A stretch of DNA of 64,000 nt from assembly GCA_030141605.1 (NCBI GenBank), contig JAQGDQ010000876.1, positions 1 to 64,000 of the forward strand, written 5' to 3'. Source of the stretch: Tubiluchus corallicola. Taxonomy: Eukaryota; Animalia; Priapulida. Shown one piece after another: positions 26,801 to 37,940 of the stretch. The notes below the pieces were generated by a model. That model had not been told where the DNA came from and did not search any database. It saw nothing but the letters and a program-made list of their open reading frames with translations. The first letter of the stretch is position 1. Every line of letters starts with the position of its first letter. A program made the position numbers and the translations under genes.

Positions 26801-29800
26801 GGTTCTCTCCCTATTTTAAAGTAATGGTTGTTGTGAAGCCTGTGCAAGTCTGCCTAGGTCAAGTCCTATACCTGTATATACTGACTGGTTTTGCTTTCTA
26901 GTCACTCTCACTCTCATTCTCAGTGTTCAGTCATGCTACTCATGTGTCTGTAGTTTAATAAACACTTCTGCTTTGTGCAGTGCAAATATGTATTACAGAT
27001 ATTTTATTCTTGTTCATACTTCTGTGCCTAAACTCAATCATAACAAAGTGAGTGAACAACAACTTCAAAAATGACTTTCACAAACTGTCTGCTACACAAT
27101 TTTAAATTTACAACTAGACAGTTTTAAGATTCAGAAAACAGAAGATTTAGTAAAAAGCCGCCAAAAATTGATCTTTCTCTATTTTTTTCATAATCATGCA
27201 TTTCGCTGTATAATGTATATCGCATACAAGAGTCAAGTATTAAACAAAACCTTTTACATAAAGGCTTTTGTAACTCCAACAAACATTGAAATTTTTTAAA
27301 GCCTTATTAAGATTACACAAAGAATTCATAGTTATTATTAAACAAAAGAACTTATAAATTAATAACTTACGTTTTTCTGGTGAATTTCGAACACGTGCAT
27401 TGCGCTAAAGATCGCCATGTTTCATGTCTTTGGCGCGAGTGAGCGAGAATGACGTACGAGGTACAGAAAGTGTCTTTGGTTACCGATGTTTGCTTAGCGA
27501 TCTTTGGTGACCGCGTGACTGGTCATTCATAGGTCATTTGTCTTGCACAACGAAAAATGGCGGTTCTTCAAAATTAACAACGAAGTGATAAAAAATCAAA
27601 AGAAACAAAGTTTTACAGTCAGCTTAGAACAGGGGTGTGCAAATTGCGACCCGCGGGCCACTTGCCCGGGAAGAGATTTGTCAACCTAATGAAAGTGCGG
27701 AGAGGGTGATTAATTGAGTGTATCCAGCTGAAGTCCCTGCCACGATCCCAAAGATAGTGCAGGTAGTTTTTTCTACTAGATCGGATGCCATTAACCATTA
27801 CAAGACGGTTGTAGCTTAATAACAATGTACTACACAGACTGTGTGATACACATTACTAATATGCATTGCAATGAAATTACCACTATCTGTCCTCAAAGTA
27901 GAAATATATGGTTTGTAATATAAATTTTAATAACTTCTAAAATAGTTTCTTTAGTGTAGTAGCAATGATGTACGCAGGTCGGATGCAAAAAAATCATTAT
28001 TAGGCCTTTCTGTACTTGGCTGCTTGATCAAACTGCCTGTGGCCCACAGGAATTGCGGGAAAGTTTAATGTGGCCCGGCTAGTCACATAATTTGCACACC
28101 CCTGGCTTAGAATAAAACAAATTGAATATTTGTAATGAGAGTAGGATTTTAAGTTGCAAAAGTTTATATTACAGTTTGACTTTAAGAAATATAGAAAGCA
28201 TAACTAGTAGACATGATTTTCCAGTAGAAATAGGAAGATATTAGTCAAGAATTAGAACCAGGAAAGAGAAGAGATGAAAAAATTCACTGACACAGCAAGA
28301 AATACCAACCTGTGCAAATTGAGATTAACTTGTCAAATACTCTGGATTTAAAAATAAAAAACAAAAAATCTTATGCGTTACAAACAAACAATCTAACCTG
28401 TGATAAAAGTGGCAACCTGACATGCTCCATCAATTGAGCAACAAATTGACTTCTAAAGCTGATATCATGTTTAATCCACGTTATCACTGCTTCAAAAACC
28501 TATATCCAAAAATACATGTACCTATTATACAATCATGAAAAGTACCGTATTTATTCGAGTATAACGCGCACACCCCTAATTTTCGATTAAAAATCAGTAT
28601 CAAATTTTGTTTCACTTTCTCTCGGCTCAGACCATGCATTGTAAGTGACAAATGTTATTGAACACGTGCCGCCATGATAAAAATCATTTATTGACAACGT
28701 AAAGTAAACTATGAACACAATACCGAAATAAAATTTACAATATTTATTTAAAATCCTTCAAAGTCCGATTCATCATCAGATACACCAAAGAGTTGTTCCC
28801 ATTCTTCTTGAGTCAATTTATCATCAGTGTCCCAGTTGGGAGGAACTTCTGTTTCTTCAGTTTCTTCACTTTCTTCTGAGTCTGAATCCCACAGCAGGTC
28901 AGATGACGCATCCGATTATTGAATATTATTGATTATTTCCTTAGCTACGCCTCGCCTCTGCAGTGAGTGTTGCTCATGAGCCATTGAGAATTATTTATTT
29001 TAGATCGTCCACGCAAGTGCTTTGGATACTGCTACTAAAAATAGACCATAGGCGTTTTGTGGGTCGAGAGATGTGGCTGCATTCAATGTTTTGCGATTGT
29101 GGTCAGCGATATCTTCGACTAATGAGTCACTGCACAAATAATATATTGATACATTTAAGCACATCTCCCCAGCCCTGATTTATAACGCGTACCTAAACTT
29201 TGAGTTCTTTTTTAGGTAGAAAATTTGCGCGTTATACTCGAATAAATACGGTAATATTTAAATATCTACAGTGAACTGAATGTGTGCAAGTCTCCTTTTA
29301 ATATAATAATCATTACTATCTAATACATTTCATTTGATTCACAGATCCAGTGTGTACACGTAAAATGCCCATTTACAAAAAGTAATAAATTCCTATAAAG
29401 AGCCACAATACTTCATGAGCAATTTAAAATCCATTAGTGTTTCTCTCTAATGAAAAAAATCAAAATGCAAAGCAGCTAATATAAAAAAACCTATAACAAA
29501 ATGCGAGTGAAAATATCATTAGTTTTGTCACAAATAGTCAGCTGTTTTAGAAAAATCATAAGAACGTGGAGTAATTATAATGGCATTAAACTGCAGTAAA
29601 TAACTAATTAAACTTTAGAATTTGAAATAAGGCAAAGGTATAATAGATCTCTTATTGTAGATTTAAATTTGTAGAACAAGGAAAATGATGCAAATGTTTA
29701 TTCCACTATACCAGCAATGGAGAGTCAACTTTATTTATTTCGAAAATAAGCAAAGTAAACATTTTACAGAAACAGAATTTCTCTGAATACCTACCCTTTC

Positions 29801-32800
29801 CTCAGATGGTACCGTCAGTTGATCACTGCTGATAAGTAGATCCACATCTTCTATTGGCAATGACAAGAATTCTTCACATTGAACAACTTCACTGAAATGC
29901 TGTTCAGTATACTGGTGAGCATATTGCAGCAGTTCTGTACACGCGTGCAGATCTGCAAATGATTTGATTCCCAGACAGTTTGATGGATGTAGCTGAATTT
30001 TTAAAAAATCACAACAAGCGTCGCGCACCTCTATCAACTGCAGCAGATTGGCAGCCGGCAAAAGAATCTGAAAGAGCAGAAAAACACAGACATTAGCAAA
30101 CACGGACAATTATCTAAATTACTGTAATAATAATGCAGTGCGCATGAGTTAAGCACTGCACTTTAGGTAGAAACAGTACTGTCGCTCACACAGTACGTGT
30201 TGTCAGTTGCACACGTGTCAGAGATAAGGTGCTGCACTTTAGTGCCAAATACCAAAAATTAGATTCTATGAAGCTGAGCCTATATATTTAACTATATAAA
30301 ATGATTGCCCGTATCATTGGTTGTAACAATTTCACGTATCTTAGGATATCGGCGTATTTTAGTTTAAAAGCGATTCACTTCTGCAACTAACGAGATCAAT
30401 CGTATTCCATCGCTTACTTTTCAATTTCAATGTTGTAAATAAATGCACAAACCTGCACATTTTCCTCTGTGACTTGTATTTCAGCAGTGTAGACAAATTC
30501 TATAAGTAATACTAAAGCATGTGGATCAATTCCCTGCAACACTATCCTTCCCGCTTTGCTCTCACTAAGGTCACTGTTGAACATTGCATAAAAGTACGGA
30601 CTACAGGAGGACAGTACAGCCTTGTGAGCTTCAACCTCAGTATTGTCAACAACCAGCGTTATATCACATAGTCGCTTTTGTCTACAACAATAAATGTTAT
30701 TTTATAAAGCCATCTCAACGTGTGCCAATAGTAAAAAAGGGATTCAAAGAGGGAATTAATCGTGTGATTAGTGATTACGCACTTGTAATCAACTACCAAT
30801 TCAACAATTTTCCATGGCTATCAGTCTTCCAGACTGTGTAACGAAAAAGGAAATCATATCGCGTGAGGATCACACTGTTTCGTAATTCTATAGGTTTTAC
30901 ACGTCAAATGTAGACACAGGAAAGTTCAAATGTGACTTAGGCAAGTCAAATGTAGACATAGGAATTTCGAATGTATTTTGGTAACTCAAATGTGACTTAA
31001 GTAAGTCAAATGTAGACACAGGAATTTTGAATGTGTTTTGGTAACTCAAATGTGACTTAAGTAAGTCAAATGTAGACACAGGAATTTTGAATGTGTTTTG
31101 GTAACTCAAATGTGACTTAGGTACGTCAAATGTAGACATAGGACATTTGACTTGAAATGTGTCTACATTTGACTTACCAAAAGCGCTTAAGATTTGTTGA
31201 AAACCATTGTTAACACATTTGAACTACCTAAGTCTACATTTAAGTTACCAAGACACATTTGAATTACCTAAGTCTACATTTGAGTTAACGTAGGTCTACA
31301 TTTGACATGTAACACCTATAGTATAGAAGTCACGAAAAGTTTAAAAAAATCCCACATTATGTATTACACCTAAACTCTGTGAAGAACAAAATCAGTGAAT
31401 TTCACTTTGAAATTAAACATCGCCTATGTGCCATCTTGCTGTGAACAGAATTCACATTTTGAGATCTATATGTGTAACTGCAATATGCATAACGACACTT
31501 ATTTATTGGAAGGTGCTGCCCTCTACGAGCAGCGCGGAGAGGAAAGGACAGGAGAACAATGATGGTCGCGCTTTTATTTACAACAATGTTTTTTATCGTT
31601 ATTGTGTTATAGTTAATAACAGTGTTTAGTTATAACCAAATTTGTACCTTGAGAAATTTTAAATCTTGATGAAGAGCCAACGATGTAAGTTACATGAATT
31701 TAAATAATTTAATTAAGTTTATGAATTCAATCTGTGAAATTTGAGAAAGTACTTTTACCAATAGGTTGTCATCTTCTTAATTATTAAGCTTCTGTTTATC
31801 ATTCTATTTATTTTTCTTACTTGTTAATGTTCTCTTTATTATTCTCTTTAGAATAAACGACTTTGGAACATGAATGAAATAGTGAAGGCTTTCTGTACAT
31901 AACAATACGAGACTCAAACATTTAAACTTGGGCACCAACAACTGTAGCCATAACGACTGGTTAACAGTTAGGTGCCGTTCACACTGCATCCGGATGCTAC
32001 TGCGTTTACACGTGCAGAACAGCTGGGCAAAAAAATCAATAGGAATAGCTGCAGAAAAAGAACAATGCATACGCAGGCTACATAAACAGGTACATTGAAA
32101 ACAATATAAACGATCTTATCTATTCCGCTCCCTCTCCCCAATCCCATCGGGATGGCAGGTAAACGCCACTTTAAGAATTGTAAAGAAATTAGTATAATAC
32201 GGTTTTTTACCTTAATTTATCATATTACTAATACTAAAGACTACTGTACAAATTTTAAACACTAAGCGGATCGTAAACTTCATACTTGCGTAAAATATTT
32301 AAAACTTCAAAAGCCTTTCTGGAATGTTCCAGATTGTGGTATGGTGGCACGTCTCTCCGATCTCTCTGCATATGTTCTGCAAAAGAAATAAACTACATAT
32401 TTACAGGGTTCTAGCGTAGCATAAAAAATATTAAAGATTGCAGGTTAACACATTAAGAAACCTCTAATCCTCCAAACTATGCATGTATGTATATAGCATT
32501 GTTCATGTACAGAAAAGCCAGTATAGCCAGTAAGCCATTAGGCATAATATTTTGCATTTAGTTTAACTCATACACAGTCATACCTCGGTTTTCGAACATC
32601 TCAGTACTCGTACAAATCGGTTTTCGACCAGAAAATTCGAGTTGAAATTGTCTCTGCTCTCGCCCAGAATTTCGGTACTCGACCAACCGCCAAGCACGTG
32701 ATGGTTCGCCAAAAGCATGTGCGGCGAGCCGAGCGTAACCGACTGCGCCCGAGTGCAGTCACACACGTGTTTCTGCTCTTGCTTATGTATACCATCACAC

Positions 32801-33307
32801 TGCTATCATCACGCAAGGTTTTTTCATGCAGGAATAATTATGTTTTTCTTTCTAAGGAATTCTATTAAGTTTTTCTCATCAATTATATCACATCTGCTGT
32901 TTGAATAAGCATTTTTGCATTATTATATTTCGTTTTAGTAATACGTTACAGTTCATTTGGTGCTTGAGAACGGATTATTTGCTTTTACATTATTTCTTAT
33001 GGGAATAAATGATTTGGTACACAACCAAATCGGTTTTCAAACACTTTTTAGGAACGAATTATGGTCGAAAACCGAGGTATGACTGTAGAATTGTTCATGA
33101 ACAGAAAAGCCAGTATAGCCAGTAAGCCATTAGGCATCATATTTTGTATTTAGTTTTGCTTAAAAATCCACACAATGTTATAATTACACACTAAGCGGGA
33201 AGAAATGATTTGAAAAAATTAGCAAAAATTTCCAGAAGAATTTCCTCACCATTCAACAGTCTCATGCAGCTTCTTTGAGCCATATTCAGGAAAATTCCCG
33301 GGTTCAT
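17900..33307 (-). CDS. KLHL2: Kelch-like protein 2/3 (kelch orthologue), BTB-BACK-six kelch repeats
   Basis: Minus-strand exons 33307-33250, 32376-32286, 30681-30453, 30067-29795, 28499-28398, 26536-26372, 25738-25621, 23735-23538, 21442-21341, 20344-20216, 19372-19232, 18081-17900 (TGA). Diagnostic peptides [92 protein letters not shown]2 versus KLHL3 cannot be separated (likely a pro-orthologue). Confidence 0.9.
18715..19137 (-). mobile_element. Non-autonomous Helitron
   Basis: Minus strand A|TCGTATATATTAATTC...GCAAA..TTTGCTAG|T: TC start, CTAG end, inserted between A and T, no TSD; internal sequence shared with 12572-13207 and 50800-51164. Confidence 0.8.
19548..20132. mobile_element. Tc1/pogo-type MITE with triplicated left terminus
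   Basis: CAGTCAACCTCGGGTATAAG-like terminus repeated three times at roughly 60-bp spacing; right TIR CTTATATCCGAGGTTTACTG followed by TA. Confidence 0.7.
20477..20858. repeat. Long inverted repeat (about 90-bp arms), probable MITE
   Basis: 20477-20565 is the reverse complement of about 20735-20858, with a (CAA)n expansion in the right arm. Confidence 0.8.
21508..22361. mobile_element. TIR element with subterminal repeats (family I)
   Basis: TATAGGTTTTACACGTCAAATGTAGA / TCTACATTTGACATGTAAAACCTATA termini; copies at 30889-31320 and 54728-55657. Confidence 0.85.
22906..23401 (+). mobile_element. Full-length 5S rRNA-derived SINE (SINE3) with RTE-like body and (CAA)n tail
   Basis: 22907-23026 is a complete 5S-like sequence (..CTACGGCC..GAAGTTAAGCA..GCCTGGTTAGTGCTTGGATGGGTGACCGCCTAGGAATCCCAGGTGCTGTAGGTTT) running directly into a body shared with two other copies. 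11-bp TSD CATCATGGTAA at 22895-22905 and 23402-23412. Confidence 0.9.
24574..24880. mobile_element. MITE family A, opposite orientation
   Basis: Same TIRs and internal sequence, TA flanks. Confidence 0.85.
25969..26313. repeat. 43-bp tandem repeat x8
   Basis: Unit CCGACAAAATTCAACATAAAAATTCACGCAACTAAATCTATTA. Confidence 0.95.
27630..28104. mobile_element. hAT-type MITE, family E
   Basis: TIR CAGGGGTGTGCAAATT; 8-bp TSD GCTTAGAA. Confidence 0.9.
28545..29251 (-). mobile_element. Internally deleted pogo-type DNA transposon
   Basis: TIR CCGTATTTATTCGAGTATAACGCGCA, TA TSD; retains an acidic C-terminal coding remnant [10 protein letters not shown]...[10 protein letters not shown] at 28900-28748. 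Confidence 0.8.
30889..31320. mobile_element. Family I, internally deleted with expanded 60-bp subrepeat
   Basis: Same termini; 60-bp unit tandemly repeated at about 30930-31140. Confidence 0.85.
32575..33085. mobile_element. Tc1/pogo-type MITE
   Basis: TIR CAGTCATACCTCGGTTTTCGA at both ends. Confidence 0.85.
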
Positions 33308-36300
33308 AAAAACTGTATGATTTCAAGACACCTAATACCATCAGCCATTGCTCCTAATGTGACCTGAAAAGAGAAAAGGTTCTTTAAATATTAGTTAGTT
33401 CTGTATCAAAAAATAAAAGAAGAAACTTGGATAAGAAAAATAAAAAGACACTGTTTAAGATGGATTGGACATATGCTTAGACTACCTGATGATATTCCAG
33501 TGATGATAGCTCTTCAACAAGCCATAGAACCAGCTAAAAAAACCTGCAGGAGGACAAATGTTAACATATTTAGATTTTGCACAGAAAGATTTAAACACTT
33601 CAGCATTGATGCTTAGAAATAAATGTACTTGGGGCACTGCGGCGAGCAGGGAGTTCTGGCATAGGGAGGTGAGCAGAATCATGTCCCTGGACGTGTGATT
33701 CATTGGACGACGAATCAGTATGTGGGTGAAAGTGCAAGCGTTGATTACACGGCAAGTGAGATTAATGTGGGTTGACATGACATAATCAGGACAAACCATC
33801 ATGACACTGAAATTGTGAAGAAGTATTTGAGCAATATGAAAAATTTATAAGGTTGAGACTATTACTGCTACCTACTAGACAAAAAATGTGAAATTGAAAA
33901 ACAGGTACTCGTATCAGTGACTACTAATAGTTTAGAAAACAAGTCGATTATATTACACTTTGTTGAAAATTGTTGAAATAATAACAACATTCGTCATATA
34001 ATATTCAGTTAATATTCAATTTATCATTCAACATAGATGCATCACTAGCGGTGCCACCATAGTCATCGAAAACTTTGAGTGCACCTAATAACTAAGGTCT
34101 ATGCACAATCGACACCAATCACAGCTAGTTGGACAAACATCATATTCCTGCAGCAAAGAGTGGTTGCAGATGAGACGACTTTGAACTTTCAGTCTTTGAT
34201 ATTAATTGGAGACTGTTTGTCAGTGCAGGAGCTTCACTGGAACAGCTGGAAATCGTTAAAAAGCCCACAAATTAAAACGATGTGTGATTAAGATCTGGGC
34301 TGTTACTGTTATATCATGCACAACACTAGCTGGAACATGGCCTTGCATGACACCTTGTGTATTACAGTACCACATCATACCTCGCCTCTGTGCTACAGTG
34401 GTACACCTTGAGACGGTACGCGGTGAGCCAGTACAAGGCGAGGCAGCACACACCTGCCACCTAGTACAATGTTGCAATGTGGAGAGTGTGTGGAGGAAAA
34501 TGTAATGTTCCACGTAGTGTTAGCCTGTTTGGCTATATTTCTTGCGTTTAGTTTCATCAGAAAAATTTTCCCAAAAGCGAATATATTTATCCAAGCTTAG
34601 TTCCAGTTCGGCGTCAGTGCACTATCCGAGCTTAGGGCCGATGTTATATATAGCTTAAAAGGTGACATAGTATTAACAGTGCGTCTTTATCCTTTTTGTA
34701 ACTTTATCCTTCAGTGCAAAGGTAACATCTACAAACACCATAGTAATTTTTATGACTACTTAGTAGAAATGAAGCAAGAAATTACCATTAAACGTTACGT
34801 AAAAACCAAAATATCAAAATCTTCAATCAAATTCCCATTCATTCAACCAAGCCAAGGATTCTCCTCATTGCCTAAGCGATACGATGCGCCATCTACTGTG
34901 CGTAAAAAGTGAATCCAGAACACATAACCATACACGATGGATGTGTGTACCAATACTGTATTAAGTTCACTGATGGGTAACTTTCACTGCTTTGTGCATA
35001 ATTACAATGATAAGAAAAAAGGAGGAAAACGCTATATTCAGTGTTCCAGGAAAAATAAGGAAGAGCAGCGAAGGAGACCATGTAGGTCACCAACTCAACT
35101 ACTTTGATCTTTCGAAAAAAGTTTGTATTGGTACTTTTAATGAGAAGGCACTACACAGTTATACAGTGCCTGTTAATAAACAAAAAATGTACATGGAATT
35201 TGCACAAAAGGGCATGAAAGAATGTAAATTCTATAGAGTTCAACAGAGCTCTCATTGTTGCTGCAAGAATATAATGTCTGGTAGGAATGAGAGTCAAATG
35301 TTTGAATTCGATTTGAACCAATTTTTTTGATTTCAATTTGCTTCATACCTAAAACTATCAATTAGAATAATTCACCTGTTCAACTACATGTCGTTTATTA
35401 TTAAGCGTTCCAAATAGCGTCAATCAGTACATTTTATAGCTCAATCACATTTAGCTGTGACCTGAATTGCCATACCCAAGCTTCTCATTCCCATAGTGCT
35501 TTGTGACTGCCTCTATCAGGTACCTGCCATACAAGGTTCGTGATGCTAGCTTTTACACTTATGGAGTTATTGACAAGACCCCATTTTAATAATTTTTTCC
35601 TTTGCCAAGCCCCTCCCCCAAATGCCCGCTTTTCAAATGTGCAATAACATGGGCTCCTAGTTGAGCACTAAGTAGAGCCACAAAGCCATTCACCCTAATT
35701 TTGACATTTTAGGTTCAGCTAATAATTCCTGTTGTTTCAATCGTTTTAATGATAAAGAACCTATGTGATTAAACTGCTGACCTATACGGATCTATAGTTT
35801 TAGTTTTGAATTGAATTCAAACTAAAAAACTCGTTCAATGCTCACCAATAGAGAATTCAGCAATAGCAAAATTATGATTTAAGACAAAAATCAAGTCAGC
35901 AAGATTTTTCACAGTTAGCACTTGAAGTTTTGGTCATATTGCAGAATGTTAAGTTTGTGACTTTATAACAGTCTAGTTTTTCGCTAAAAATTGCACAACA
36001 CAATTTTCGAGATTATGTTGAATTTCTGGATCTTTGTTTCGCTTTTGTAAACGAGACAAACTTTCAGCAAGGATCATGACAGTAGTTGTAAAAATTGCCA
36101 GCTAGAGTTTGGGTATTTCATTATTCTTTCTTTTTGGTGGAAATTAATATCCAACAAGAAATTACATGGATAAACAGATATTTTCTTAGGTACTATAACA
36201 GTGTACAAAATTATAAATTTTTGTTGCTGTGGTCAATTGCAATAGTTGCGAAAATTACAGGTGCGCATTAGATCAGACGGTGAACGTGGTGGCTGGTGGA

Positions 36301-36839
36301 CAATAGTTATGTGAGGTTGGTAAGCATTGCTGATGATTTAACTTTCACTGCCAATGGTTGACATTTATACACAATCAGTATAGACAGAAGGTCTATTTTC
36401 AAAATCATAGTAAGTGACAATTATGTCTAAAAAGTTCTTTGTAGTGTTTGTTCTACAGGTGGCTGCTATAACTGACAGTACTGTGTTTTCTAGACGTATT
36501 TCCTTGACTTTTTTGCTGACCATCTACATGGTACGTGAAAGGTGTATATAGTGTAAGTGTGTCTGAAGTGTAAATGGGCAATGAGGTGACAAATATGCGG
36601 AAGGAAGTTTATTGAAGCTTTTGTGACATCGCATTAAGACAACAATTTCTAACATAACATCATATATACTCTTCTCAATGCAAAGGAGTAATAATCTCTG
36701 CATACAAGTTTCTATCTCTTCAGGCTTTTTCAACATCGAGTCAGCGTATCATCGGAATATGTAGTAATATAATATGTCTAAGGTTCATCAGTGTGATACC
36801 GATAAGTCACGAGAGGAAGCAGGAATCACGGAAGGCGTA

Positions 36840-37320
36840 CTTCCAAAAATCTAAGTATCCGCTTTTTGCTTCCGGCGTTCGACGTCATTTTGTGAAATTG
36901 TGACAAACAAAAGCAACAAACATATAATTCTTAATTCACAGTTTCATTAACGGCTTTATTTGTCATTATTAAACAAAAGATAACAATTGCTTTGTTTTTA
37001 TTTGGACTGAAACTTCAAGATTACTGCTGCATTGTGAGTTTCAATTTTAAGCGGCTGTTTTTGTACATCATCACTCCAAGTTTAATCATAATCGGATTTT
37101 TTACTCACTTTTTAAAGCAAAAGCCAATTTTCTCGAGAAGTTGAGCATATTATAATATTTGAGAGAAATGCTAGAAGGTTTCAGAAATTATGATAAGTGC
37201 TTAGTGTAATTAGTATAATAAATTTAAAGTCGCGATCACTTCACGCTTGGGCGCGTTCATTTTGAACGAAAAATGGCGTCATGCAGTTACTGTGCAATCC
37301 GGTGCTTGAGTAATCTTACT
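36840..37320. promoter_or_regulatory. Probable bidirectional promoter region between the kelch gene (-) and hnRNP F/H (+)
   Basis: Genes diverge here. Locally CpG-rich; ETS-like CCGGAAG and CRE-like TGACGTC on the minus strand at about 36868-36888, and YY1-like AAAATGGCG at about 37270. Confidence 0.5.
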
Positions 37321-37940
37321 TTTAGAGCAGACTCTATAAACCAAGTAAATTGCCTCGTAGCTACTATATGCTCCCAAGTTTGAAACTCAACAAAAGTTTG
37401 TAAATTAATTATTCACAAAGTAAATGTACACTGTGTGTAAATCATAAATGTAAATCCTGTGGTTTAAACTAAAACTATGTAACCACTTTGAGTTTGTTCA
37501 TAATTGACCTGCTGATTATTTTTTACTTTCTCGCAGTTAAATGAAATGCTAGATTAATGGAACTTATGAATGAACTGTAGAAATTTCGCAATGCATATCT
37601 TCTCAACCGCCTGCCTTCCTGTTATTTACCAGCTTACAAATGTGCCTGGAGCGATGTTCGTTTGGTGGGAGAGAAGAAATATATTTAATTTCTTTTACTT
37701 TTTCAATCAAGACATTTTATGTGAATATATTGTATGGTGATTTCAATATTTTTAATTGCATATTGAAATGCAATAAATATCGTTCAACAGTTTTTCCTTT
37801 AATATAGCTTGGTTAATACTGTATTAATAAATGTGTAATGATCTAATGAAGTGACAAAGGTCTTAGTTTGTGGTATGCAGTTTGAGCAGTAGTGTTTAAA
37901 TTTTGGTTTATTCTTTTGTTTAGGTTTCTTTTCCATCCTC

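Noticed and set aside
30897-31139. Repetitive ORF or CRISPR-like array
   Set aside because: These are subterminal repeats of a TIR element; there are no unique spacers and the DNA is eukaryotic.
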